Part shown: positions 51,131 through 63,379 of the stretch, one piece after another
Layout of the letters: each line of letters starts with the position of its first letter
Numbering within the stretch: the first letter of the stretch is position 1
Source: Camelus ferus
Taxonomy: Eukaryota
Length of the DNA stretch: 64,000 nt
Direction: 5' to 3'
Assembly (NCBI RefSeq): GCF_009834535.1
Contig: NC_045696.1
Location: 76,696,001 to 76,760,000, forward strand
Position numbers and translations under genes: made by a program
Notes under the pieces: model-generated
What the model saw: the letters and a program-made list of their open reading frames with translations, nothing else
Told to the model about the DNA's origin: nothing
The model's database searches: none

Positions 51131-53003
51131 TCACCATCCACAAAGTGGTGCATTAGTGGATGTAGCAGAACAATGACACATTGACGCAGGTGCCCAGCCA
51201 GGCTGTGTGTAAATACTAGACAAGGTCACATTTACTTTGATGTGCAAGTGGACCAGGCAGGTCCTTCTCCTGGAATTAGTGCCTCTCGTCTTTCATGAGC
51301 TCTGCTGCTGTCTTCCCTCCTCAGGGCTCCGGTTTGGGCACTGTCAGGTTCTTTGAAGACCTGATGGCACCGAGACAAAGGAGCTACTGAACGGGTATCT
51401 TGCTTGCCTGCCGCACGCAGCTCAAGATGTCTCTGGCTTGCAGAAGGTCCAGCCCAGCTCACAGGGGAGAAAACAAAGGAGTTTGGAGCAGAAATCTTAG
51501 TTAATAATAACATCTCTGTGTGTAAATGTGTATATTTCTTGGGGACCTGGTGTGGCTGTAAATGGCAGGTGGGATTCAGGACTACAGAGGACTGACCCTT
51601 ATCACCTTCACCATGACCAGTATAATTTCCTTATTATTGAGGCACAAGTGGAAGCAGCCTGTGGGAATTAAACTGCTGGTGTCAGCTCAGTGCAAAATAG
51701 ACCAGTCTGCGCCATTGCCATCCCCACAGCTGGGGACCAGCCCCACTGATAACTCAGAAGTGATGGGTGAAACCGCCTGGAAGAAGCCAGCAACCAGAGT
51801 GGCCCCGGCGCAAGGAGACCCCAGGGGACCTGCTGGTGGCCATCAGGGATGGGGGTTGTGCAATGGTGTTAGTACCTTCTGGCACCGAATCTGGATTTCT
51901 TCTCCTTGGAAAGCTTTCCCTTTGCTGTGTAGTTAATAAAAGGCCTCGAGGGGAAAGCCTTGCCTTTTTGTCTAATGTGAATCCTTACAGTTTCTCACAC
52001 GCAGCTTTTAGGGGATAGTTATTAATTACCCACATTATGGATTATACAATCAATATGCCTGAACTCCTCTAAATTATCCCATAATTTGATCACAGAGTAA
52101 CCCAGTTAACAAGGCAGAAATAACTTTTAAATGATGTCTAATTACCACCCTAACCGCCAGATGTCAGTTTTTAAATGCAGGTCACAGATGAAAGGGCCTT
52201 TTTCACAATGGTAGGGGAGGGGACGGTGCTGGGGAGGGAACTTCAGCGGTCACGGTCCCTGACTTCCCGGGGAGCGCGTTGGAGGATTAGAGCCGAGTGG
52301 TGGGAACTTCATTTCTACTTGAACAGTGCTGCCTACGTACTCTGGTCAGCCTGTGGGGTGACCCTGAGCAGTGCACGCCTGGGCCCCAGAACCCATCGTA
52401 AGAACTCCAAATACATGCTGCGTTGAGTTGAGTATTCCCAGGCGGCGCTGTTTTGCAGGTGACGGTGGTGGGCTCACGGGTCCTGGAGGCTGGGGGGGCA
52501 GTGATCGGTCTCTCCTTCTCTCCCTCAGCGGTCCCTTCACACACACAGGAGCGAGAACCCAGAGACCATGTAACTGTGCAGTAGAGCCCCTCAGTCCAAG
52601 TTCAGGTAAAAGCTTCAAAGCTGTCTGGGGGTTAATTTTTCTCAACTACGTCGATATGAACATTTCAGTGGCTAAGAGCCGTGCCTTCTTTCTCACTGTC
52701 ATGATTCTGTTTAACAAGCAGGTAATGTAAAATGCAAAGCTCTGCATCTTTTTTCCAGCCAAAGATGGCTTTTCTATGGGCTCAGGAAAGCTGTTTTCGT
52801 TTGTACGGAAGAAGCTGTAGCCCTGTCGTAGACGTTCTTGTTTTTCTGCATTGGCTCTTGTGTGTAAATTGACGTCACAGCCCGACTTGCAGGCTGTGGG
52901 GGTGGTGTGGGGAGCCACTGCGTTTCAAAGAGGCACAGAAGTGTGGTGAAGGCGTGTGGTCTTTGACGTTGCCGGGACGTGTATTCTAATCACAGATTTA
53001 CTA

Positions 53004-53108
53004 TCTCTCTTCCTTCCCTCTCCTCCCTTCCTCTCCCCTCCCCTCCCCTCCTCTCCTCTTTCTTTCTTCCTTTCTTTCTGTCTTCCTTTCCTCTCTCTCT
53101 TTCTTTCT
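53004..53108. repeat. Polypyrimidine/CT-rich simple repeat inside a MIR remnant
   Basis: ~105 nt that are almost purely C/T (ctccc, tttc and ct units). Confidence 0.95.
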
Positions 53109-54149
53109 AGATAAGTTGAGAGTAAAATGTGGGTTATGACCCCCCTTTGCTGGCATTACTGTGAAGATTATGTGAAATACTGTAACTAAAGTGCTGGCGC
53201 TTGGTAGGGCACAGTAACTGACCTGCAGCATCACGCCACCCAGCACCACCAGCAGTCTCATCCGTCGTCATGACCATCTTGGCTGTGCCGAGCTTCACAA
53301 ACAGGTGAAGTCAATTCTTGGCCCGCAGAGCTTGCTTGTCCTCCCGACCCTGTCCTGTTTCATCTTTTAAATACCTTGCCCCCTCACCTCACTCTTCCCT
53401 GCCCAGGACACCGCTCCTTTGCTCCACTCTGTTGTTAACTTTGCTGCGCTTGCAGCCCTGTTTTCTACCTGCCTCTCCTCCCCAGTGAAGGCTCTGGAAG
53501 GCAGGAACTTGCCTCGCCCTGGTGTCTGTCTTACCAGTTCTGTACCGAGTAGAGCCCGTGCACTGAGAGGTCAGCACTTACTTGAACAGCGAATGCAGAC
53601 GTGTGCCAGTGCTTAGGTAGGGTCACTGATGGTGTGGGTGGATAAGGCTTCAAACACACAGAATGAAGAAGCTGGGAAAGACCTGGGAACTCGGCTAGCC
53701 CCTCCTTTATTAAAGGGGGGATGGAGACCCAGTGGGGCCACAGGCACCTGTGCTCCCAGAGCTTCCCATGTGTTCCTTTGCCTGAACTGTAGCCTCTTTA
53801 GGGAACGTTCCCAGAACTTGTATGTTTTAACAAACCTAAGCGTGAAATGTTTCTATAGAGGCATGCTGGGCTCTTAGTATATGGACTGCCAGAAAGTGTC
53901 TCCTTAAAAAATTATTTTAAGGATTAAAAAAAACCCCAACCAATTCAGCATATTGATGGCTGTTTTCACAGACTGGACCACTCTATCTCTGTGTTCTCGC
54001 GGGAGTGGGAACTTCCAGCTGCTGCCCAGCCCCCACGCTTCCTTTTTCCTTTCTCCTGAACCTGACTTGGGTGCAAGTCTGCCCCCTCCTTCACACAGAT
54101 CATGACTGAGCTAAGACTCTACCAGATTAGTCGCAGAGGCAGCCGGTGC

Positions 54150-54490
54150 AAGAATGGGCATGTTTTAGTATTTTGACCAGTGAGCCGGGAGAAACGGTCT
54201 GCCAGGGCTCTGTGGGAAATCCTTCTCCCTCCCTGGGATCCTTCTGGGGACCATTTTCTTCTCCCCACTGAATGTGAATAGCACGCTATGGGGCCCAGAT
54301 TTCTACTGGGAGCATCTGAAGGCCACAACGGATGGAAGAGCATGGTGTGGAAAGAACATGGGTTCTTCCTGATACTGTCCAGATGCAAACCAGCTATAGC
54401 ACAACCTCTGGACTTCATGTTACATAAGACAAAGTTCCTTGACATTTAAGTCCATTTCAGTGGGTGTTCCGTTGCTTGTCTCGTGTTCAA
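54150..54490 (+). mobile_element. Old MLT1 (K/L-like) LTR
   Basis: ggaaagaacatgggttctt…acctctggacttcatgttacataaga…tttaagtcca. Confidence 0.6.
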
Positions 54491-54889
54491 ACAGAAGCAC
54501 TCATGGGTATCTATGTCCCTGCAAGTACAGAATGGTTTCCTAGCAGATAGCAAAGTGTAATATCAGCTGTAAGATAAATTAAAACCTTTGTACAACCCTC
54601 CAGGGAGTTCTGAACTATTTAAGTGCTTCAGAGTACCGTTTAGAGATTTCCAGAACACTGACTTCCTAATATCACACTGCAGCCCTGCACAACTCGAAAG
54701 GTCTGTGACTATCTGAGTGCTGAAGCTTTCTGGACTCCAGTTAGGAACCAGCACTTGGTGAAAGTGGAGAATTTTGTAGGCTGGGAGTTGATGACAAGGG
54801 TGATGGAGAAGGAAGAGCCCTGAGCATGCCTAATGCCTTGATTAGACTTCTGACAACCCCTGACTTGAGGTATAGAACTTAAAAATAAT

Positions 54890-55056
54890 GGGCATAGTAT
54901 TATGCACTTACTCTTGCTGAGTGCTTAATAAACACTTATCTGCTTATTGTTCCAACTACCTTGGTGTTAGTCTCCCTATTTAACAGATGAGCAAACTGAG
55001 GCTCAGAGAAATTAAAAAAGATGACAAAAGTCCACAAGAAGATGGAGAACCAGAGT
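54890..55056 (-). mobile_element. MIR
   Basis: acagatgagcaaactgaggctcagagaaattaa (MIR core). Confidence 0.8.
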
Positions 55057-55073
55057 TTCAATTTATGTTCATT

Positions 55074-55256
55074 TTTTAATAATTGAAGTATAGTCAGTTT
55101 ACAATGTTGTGTCATTTTTCTGGTTTACAGCATAATGTTTCAGTCATATATATGCATACATATATTCCTTTTCATATCTTTCATTATAGGTTACTACAAG
55201 ACATTGAATATAGTTCCTTGTGCTATAGAGTAGAAACTTGTTTATTTTATATATAG
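55074..55256 (-). mobile_element. Short lineage-specific L1 3' end
   Basis: Same subfamily as the 18347-18540 copy. Approximate 17-bp TSD ttcaa(t/c)ttatgt.. at 55057 and 55257. Confidence 0.9.
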
Positions 55257-55339
55257 TTCAACTTATGTCCGTTTATTTTTAGAACTTAGGCTATCAGCGG
55301 ATGCATTAGATTGCCTTAAAACAACATTATCATTTTCCT

Positions 55340-55475
55340 CATTCATTCACGGTAAACAATGAATATGCACAAAATGCCAGACGCTGTTTTAGGTGCAAAT
55401 AGAATACATTAATGAATAAAATAATGTTGCTGTTCCTGTTGAGATTAGATTACATTTTAGCAGGGGAGGATAGAC
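55340..55475 (-). mobile_element. L2 3' end
   Basis: attcattcac…tgccagacgctgttttaggtgc…gggaggatagac. Confidence 0.75.
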
Positions 55476-55691
55476 TAAAAAAAAGTGCTCATTTACTTAC
55501 ATGTATATACTGATCACGCAGTGTAAATTAAAGACAAAAGCCGACCTCTTTTTGTGTGATCTCCTTACAAAAATATTAGCATCTAGTGAGGCAAGCTGTA
55601 CACCTAACAGAATGGGTGCATTTTGGCTCCAGGCAAAAATCCTGCCATGGTTGGATTGCAAAGATGAAGTCCATGGCTCTTGGTCAGATGG

Positions 55692-55725
55692 TGTAATCTT
55701 TAATGCCTGCCAGTAGGTGGCATTC
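55692..55725 (+). promoter_or_regulatory. Candidate CTCF site
   Basis: Core CCAGTAGGTGGCA at 55710 matches CCASYAGRKGGCR, with tgtaat 18 nt upstream. Confidence 0.4.
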
Positions 55726-58394
55726 ATGCCCTATAAACATTAGACACAGGACCCTGATTGGCACTTACAGCTTACAATGAGACTTCAGTTCTTTGGTTTT
55801 ATAATGCTAGAGCTTCCTGTGCTATCTCATTATCTCTGTTGAAGGGGTTGGGTATATGAAAGAATTAATCAGTACAATTTGAAACATAGGTAATGTGTCT
55901 GTGTAATTTTCAGTGACAATTTATACAACTTTTATTTTAAGATAGTCTGAAAAGTGTACCACATTTTGGTGAAGCCTATGGATTATATTTATAATCGTGA
56001 TGAACAATCGGTGGTGTGATGAAAATAGGATTATGGAGGTGCAGCATTTTGCTAAATTATATGGTCAGAACACACTTAGAGTTGAAAATCTAATAAAGCT
56101 TTTCACAGAGGAAAATGTGATTGAAAAATAAAACCCATTCCTAGAAACTGATATGCTTTTTAATCAGCTTGCAAAGTTGTTCTGATCATCTGCTCGGAAT
56201 CTTTGCTTTTTTTTAAAGAAAGGAGAACGTTACAACCTGCTGGATTTAGGAAGAAAAGACATGCACATTTTGAGCTTTGATTAAAGACCTTTAGGTATTA
56301 TCCTTGCCATCATCCTTGACATTTTTCTTTCGAAATTAGATCGAGGGGTTAAAATGTGTAGATTTGTAGCACAGGGGCATCGTTCGGTCCTTTCAAGCCA
56401 CACTGCTTTTTTCAGTAAGTGACTGAGCCCCAGTGTTGGATGAAACCGGAGAAGGAAAAGTGGACAGAATTTCCAAGGAGGTTTCTATTCTGTTGCTTTC
56501 CTAGTGTCATTTAAAGGTCAGACACTGGACCCTCCTTCCTTCTCACTTGCTGATACACTTGCTAATCCATAGCCTTCTGCATCTGCTGAGAAGGTTATTT
56601 GCTTTCTGTCAGATTACTGTTTGAATTGCAAGGCAACATCTTATTTGAAAAGCCTCAAGTCCCTTTTGTTGCATCGTGAAGACGCTATCAGTTAATTAGT
56701 ATTCACAATGGACACTTTGCCGGTGTCTGCAGCAGCCAGTGAATGTGTGACTCAGTTGTTTTCATGCTGAGGATCTGAGGATGCCAGTGCTTTCCCTTCT
56801 ACATCTAATTTGGAAATAGTGTTACAGGAAGTTGTTAGGTTTTTATAAAGGAAATGCCAACTTCACAAGAGTTTCAATTGCTAGGCCAGCATTAATCTGC
56901 TAGATTACTCAGAAGTTAAAGTGGATCCATTTATTTTTGTTGACTTTCTTTCCCTCTCTGGGGTGTGTGCATGTGAATCTCAGTAATAACAAAATGGTAT
57001 CTTCTTGAATTTTGCTTATAAAGTTAAAAATTGTCCTTTGCCTTTTCTCTCGGGGGTGTGCAGGAGAGTATTAGGAAATTTTCAGTTCCCAGAGGGACTC
57101 CGCGTCTCTCTTCTCAAATCCTTTCTGTGAAATTCAGCCCACTCGTCTCTCTGTGGCTTCTGCTTCTTTCTTAAGTTGGATTTAGTCCAGTTGTTCCCTG
57201 TGCCGAATTCATCTAAACAAAACCATGTCCGATGCCTTCCACTTCTATCTTAACTGAACCTTATAGTTAATACATTTTATAGCCCCACAATTTGTTTTTC
57301 CTTTGCGGCAAAACCAAGAAAACCAAAAAAAAAAAACCAACAGCCTATGACCTTGTAATAATAACCTGTCTTATGTGAAGACGGGAGAGAGCTAAAATTG
57401 GTCAAAGTATCAATAGAAAAACAAGCAAAGAAAATCTTTCTTTGATATTTGTTTAGTGATGATCTTGAAGATGTTACCCTAATGATACTTGGGCGAGAAC
57501 TCTCAGATCATATGAAGACTGACAATTTAGAATTCTTTGCATAAGCCAATTCAGTGCTGATCCTGGAACTCTGTCTGTAAGTGCCAGGGAGAGATTTCCT
57601 CCAAAATGTCTGGGTAAAAAGTGGGTCAGGGTGGGGGAGTCTTTGATCGAGCAGAAGTCGAGAGATTAAAGGTAAGTCACTTGTACGATGTGGCATTTCA
57701 ACAGAGGGATAGCCAAGGAGCGGTGTTTGTATTTCCCTGCCTTTTTAAATGACTATTTCTTGGAATGGTAAGGTGGAAGAAAAAAAATCGATGTTGTTTA
57801 TAGCTCAAAAGAAAACCTTTTACGAAACGGTAGAAAAGTGGGGACTCAGTGCAGCTTTCTGAAGTGTCTGAGAAAAGACAGTACGGCTCACTGCTTCTAA
57901 ATTAGATCACAAATTTTCTGGCTGATGGCAGCATCTTAGTTCTCACCCTAAAGGCAAAGATCTGAACAAATTACATTTTAATATCTGAGGTTCATTTATC
58001 CCTGCTGAGATCACACAGAAGCAGGGAAATACACATACATGGAAATCCAACAGGCCGGGGGGGACTTGGCAGCAGGGCTGTACGTGGAAAGAGGCTGACG
58101 GTGAAAGTGAAATGAAGCTCTGCTTCTGCAGCAGGTGATGCTCTCTGCTGCACAACATGGCACCACTCGGATGGAGCACAGCCCTCTGGGGTAAAAAGGG
58201 GCATGATAGATTGAAGAACGGAGCTTTGCTTGTTGAAGTGTTCCTGTAGTTAGGTGCCCACCCTCCCTTTGTTTTTTCCCTACACATAGGAAAGATGCTA
58301 ATGTTGACATAAAACTCGAATAAACTGTTTCTGTGAAAATACAATGACTTTGCAGGAGGAAAGCCGGAAAAGGTAGCACAAGCTATGACCAGAT

Positions 58395-58945
58395 AGGGGT
58401 AGACTTTGGGCTGGGCTGAGAAGTTCCATCTTTGAGCAGTAGATGTGGGGAACCACAGGACATTCTTGAGAGTGGAAATGGTTAATACAGAAGAAGCATG
58501 TTTTACACGCGTGGATGGCGAAAGGAGGCAGACATTAAGGATACTGTTGTAATGCTTGAGGCAGAGAGAAGTAGGAGCTAGAAGAAGGATGGTAGACATA
58601 AGAATGGAGATAAAATTGAAAAGGGTGATCATGAATTGGCAGGCTTGGCAACTGCTTGGGCACAACAACCAGAGACAGAGGATTCCAGTACTATAAGCAT
58701 TCGAGACTGGGCCACTGTTCAACTGGTGGTGCTACTGAAAGAAGTAGGGTCCTAGGAATAGAAACAGGTTTAGGAGGAGATGAGACCCTGGCTGTCAGTA
58801 TGGAGTGTGACGGGCTTCTGGGAGAGCCATGTAGAACTATCCGAGGAGGCAGTGAAAGTGTGAAGCAGGAGTGTGTGAAGGCCTGACCTGGAGTTGTTTG
58901 GGGCGGGGAGAGTTGGGGCATAAAGATCGGCATTTAAGATCTTTA
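58395..58945 (-). mobile_element. L2 ORF2 remnant
   Basis: Purine-rich antisense L2 pattern. The translation SLCLKHYNSILN resembles the L2 LDYCNSLL motif. Confidence 0.55.
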
Positions 58946-58949
58946 ACTC

Positions 58950-59328
58950 TAAGCCAGAAAGAGAAAGAAAAATACCATATGATATCACTTATATGTGGAA
59001 TCTTAAAAAAAAGACACAAATTTATTTACAAAGCAGAAATAGACTCACAGACATAGTAAATAATCTTATGGTTACCAGGGGAAAAGGGGTGGGAAGGGAT
59101 AAATTGGGAGATGGAGATTTGCAGATACTAACTACTATATATAAAATAGATAACAAGTTTCTTCTGTACAGCCCAGGGAACTATATTCAATATCTTGTAG
59201 TAACCTATAATGAAAAAAAATATGAAAAAAATGTGTGTATATATATGATTGAACTACTGTGCTGTACACCAGAAACTGACACAACACTGTAAACAGACTA
59301 CACTTCAATAAGAAAAAAGAAAAAAAAT
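58950..59328 (+). mobile_element. L1 3' end (lineage-specific)
   Basis: ORF2 end SQKEKEKYHMISLICGI, the 3' UTR, and an A-rich tail. Confidence 0.95.
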
Positions 59329-59604
59329 TTAATGCCAGAAGTGATGGAGAGCCATTAAAGGATTTTATGAAAGAAAAATAAAATAAGCCGATTTTCTTAG
59401 AAAGTTTATGCTTCGTCTAAAATTTCATTTTCATTTTGCATTTTGTTCTTCAATATTTGTGTTTTTTCCTTAACTTTGCTTTACAGCTGAGCTTGACAAA
59501 TACTCAGTTAAATGAAAAAATCATGTGTGCGCATTGGTTATTTATATTTGAATATGAGAATATGTTTGAACATTAGTTTCAGTCAAGAAGCATCAGTACT
59601 TCTG

Positions 59605-60264
59605 TAAGCCAGAAAGAGAAAGAAAAATACCACATGAGATCGCTCAGATGTGGAATCAAAAAAAAAAAAAAAAAAAAAAAAGAACATAAATACAAAACAG
59701 AAACAGACTCACAGACATAGAATACAAACTTGTGGTTGCCAAGGGGGAGGGGGGCGGGAAGGGACAGACTGGGAGTTCAAAATTTGTAGATACTGACAGG
59801 TATATATAGAATAGATAAACAAGTTTATACTGTATAGCACAGGGAAATATATACAAGATCTTATGATATCTCACAGCAAAAAAATACGAGAATGAATATA
59901 GGTATGTCCATGTATAATTGAAAAATTGTGCTGTACACTGGAAATTGACACAACATTGTAAAATGACTATAACTCAATAAAAAAAGTTAAAAAAAAAAGA
60001 AACTATAAAAAGCAAATGAAACCCAAAGTAATCATAAGGAAAAATAAGAAGGATCAGTTCAGAAATCAGTGACATGGAAATCAGAAAGATAGCAAAAGTT
60101 CATGAGAACACTCTTGAGAGTGATTCATTATCTTGATTGTGGTGATAGTTTCACATGTGTATACATATTTTAAAGCTTAGTTTTATATTTAGTATACACA
60201 CATTCTGTGCCATGTATGTTTCAACAAAGCTGTTAATAAATATTTTACTGCCAAAAAAAAAAAA
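59605..60264 (+). mobile_element. Young L1 3' end plus ~250 bp of 3'-transduced sequence
   Basis: Perfect TSD aagcatcagtacttctg at 59588-59604 and 60263-60279, with two A-tails (~59977-59998 and 60253-60264). Confidence 0.92.
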
Positions 60265-60379
60265 GCATCAGTACTTCTGGATATTACTGCCTGCACTCTA
60301 CCATGGACCTGAGGGAGAATGTAAATGGGCATTCGACTTCAGGGGTCACTTTTAGTAACGGAAGAGATGGTTGAAGGAA

Positions 60380-60700
60380 AGAAAAGAGAAAGGGGGCTAA
60401 AGGGCTACAGAGACACACTGGGGCTAAGTCTGTACTGAAGAGGAAGAGAAGCCCCAGAGGTCGATTAGAAAATGCAGAGAATTTGTGTTGCTGGTGCCAC
60501 GGGGAGGAAGAGATTAAAACATGGATTGGTCAGCTCAGTCCCATGTTCCAGAGAGGGCTTCAAGAGGGAAGAGAAAGTCTTTAGGCCAGAAAGGGAGGTT
60601 GACAAGAAAAGAAATTCCAGCAGAGCCAAGAGGGTGGAAATCAGATGGCGAGGTTAAGGAGTAAGGGAAGATGTAGAGGACGATGAATTTGGAATGAGAA
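60380..60700 (-). mobile_element. L2 remnant
   Basis: Purine-rich antisense L2-like pattern (gaggaagagaagcccc…ggtcagc…gtggaaatcagat). Confidence 0.45.
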
Positions 60701-63379
60701 GACTTGCGTGTTTGCCGGCTGGTGAGAACCAAGTAGTTTCAAGGGAAGGATAGAAAACGCAAGTGAGACAGAGGAGAACTCTGGTCTGGGGGCAGCAGGA
60801 AAGGCGTGGAGGCAGAAGGAAAGAGTTAAAGTCAGATGAACCCACCGAGGCTACATCCTGCTTCTCTCCTTTATGTCTAGCAGAACTGCAGGGAATTCCA
60901 TATTTTAAAAAAATCCTGTTTTGTAGAATCATGGCAGATCTGAGTTATACAGAAGGCAGCATTTATTCTTGTTGGGAAATGAGCTGTGGGGAATCCAGTC
61001 TGCTTAGATGGTCTTGTTGCATGCGGATGAGGAGCAAACATTCCAGAAGCTCCTGCCTCGCCAGTCTGGGGTAAGACAGTGACCAGCTCTGCCTCACACC
61101 CACCATCCAGCGGATTATTCTAGGCAGAGAAGCATGCTAATTTAATTATTGCTGCCCTTGCTGGGAGGTAGTCTCTGACGTTCTTGGACTTAAGGAAAGC
61201 CTGGGTTACGTTAGCATTTGACTTTGAGGAGGTGCCAGGATTGCAGGATTCACATTCTGTTTCGGGAGAAAACTGAAACCTACCTGCCAAGTTTGCTAAA
61301 TGTGCACAAAGCATTCTTATATCCATGAGAGGTTGGGCAGACATTTCTTTTGCCAGTTTGGCCAGAGCAGCCTGTATACCTCTTTTCCAAGTTGAAGAAA
61401 ATGAGCAGACTTTCCCCAGTTCCCTGGAGGGGCAGTCAGCACGTCAGCTTGCTACCCTTACTTGTACCTCTCATCAGACATCAGTGTTAATTATGACTGA
61501 TTAGGATGAGTTGGATTTGTTGACAGAATATCCAATGTAACTAATCAACTCCAGTTTTTTTTCAAAGTTAATTTTGTAAATGTATTCCAACTGAAGCACC
61601 ATGGGGTAAGAACCTTTCTTGTTACAGCTCCTGATCAATCAAAAATAGAAACAGGAGATAAGCTATTGTATTGTATGTACCTCCCTTAAACTGCTTAGGC
61701 CTGTGTCTGCGAAAAGCAAAGAAGGAATTCCTGGAGGAACAGGCTGGTCTTCAGAAGTTGTACGTGAGGTCTTGGCATGTGTGTGTATCAGTGAACACAG
61801 TTTTTCTCAGATGCCAGCTATCTTGGGACTGACTACTCAAGAATTCCTCATTTGAAGCAATGGATTTTATCTAAGGTTACTTAGATACTGTCACGTCTGA
61901 AAATGTAAACTCAAATCCATCTGGCTTGTATGAATTAGCAGCATCTCCTTGGGGTGATTGGAGGTATGTCAAGATGTTGCCATACTGATATCAAGACTTT
62001 TGAACTAACACTGACATTGCAAAATCCTTGAAGCCAGAACTGTGAACTTTAACAATAAGGAGCTTCCCTTAGCAAATGAAAATAATTCTGATCTGACAAA
62101 GTAATAGAAAATTAGTTTAAATCTAACCTCTTAAAAAAATTATCCCCCAAATCACCTTAATACTTTTCTTAGAGATGTGTTTTTCATTTTCACAATTTGG
62201 TTCCCTCCCACCCCCACAAAGGTATTATTTGAGTATGCTCTCCCCTTGGCCATTGGCCATTGTGGGATTTGAGTGTGGGTTTTTAAAAAAAACAATTTTT
62301 TTTCGTCAACAGAAATGCCATATCCCAGTTTTCAATGGCAGGAGATTTAACATGTTAAATAAATAATTTATATTAAAAAGCATTCAAGGTGTTATTTACA
62401 TGGTAGTTCATTTGTCCAAATTAAACTTAATCCCTTAAAATAGTTTCTAATGTATGTGTACATTTTTTGGTAAGTGGTCTCATATACAGAAACCCAACCT
62501 TCATGACCTCAAAGATTATCATTAAAATTCTTATTTCATATCTATTCACAGGGGATATAGAAAGACCAAGGATTTCCATAGTTAAACTTCAGAGGTTTGA
62601 CTGAAGTTGGTAAGAAGGCTATGAAATATGTGAATTTAACCTTTGCCTGTTACCATGTAAATCATTTAGTTTCAGAATGCTTGCCCTGGAATGAGTGAAG
62701 GTTTGTATTTTCTTCTTGTCAAAATGCCTGTGAACTGGGAGTGAAACAATGATGTTTGCAAATGTCAACTTTAATGCCTGTCTGCTGGATCCTAGGCAGC
62801 TGCTTTTATACATTTAAACATTTTGAAATCTCTGGACATAGTGTATGAGAAATAGGTAAAGTTTTTTTTTTTTTTAAGTTTTGAATGTATAGTGATCAGA
62901 GAAAGAAAAATGTGAAACTAAATGCCATTCCTGATTTACTTACCACCAGAAAGCAGGTAAAATGAGAAAATTATGCCCTTTTAATTTTGCCATAAACCCA
63001 TTTCAAAATAAGCATTGTTGTTGAGGTATTTTTTTCCAGCATTATCTTATGTCTTTTTTTCCCCATTTCTATGTTTACAGCCTGGCATTTGAGATATAAT
63101 TTCTTCCAGGAAACTTAGAAGCTTTGGGTAATGGTAGTGATCTCATTAGGAACACATTCTACCCAATAATTGCTATTGGTTTCACATGGTAAAATTAAGT
63201 TATTGCTCTCAAAAGAGCAGATGACAGAGGAAAGGTTAATGTTCTTGCTATAACGCTGCCAACTCCTCCAAGAAAGAATTCTAATAATGTAGTTGACGTC
63301 ACTAAAACTCTCATTAGGGGAATACAGTTTATAAATGGGGGAGAAATGAAGTGACTAGATTCAATTCTAATACAGTAAA

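Noticed and set aside
57456..57560. C/D box snoRNA (GTGATGA…CTGA)
   Set aside because: There is no convincing terminal stem and no recognisable rRNA/snRNA guide. The boxes are short enough to occur by chance.
57943..58722. Longest ORF (259 aa, minus) as a protein-coding gene
   Set aside because: It overlaps a decayed L2, has low-information S/L/C/F-rich composition, shows no recognisable domain and has no splice context.
63081..63127. Micro-exon between tttacAG and GTAATG
   Set aside because: The donor is weak, the peptide is not recognisable, and there is no other support.
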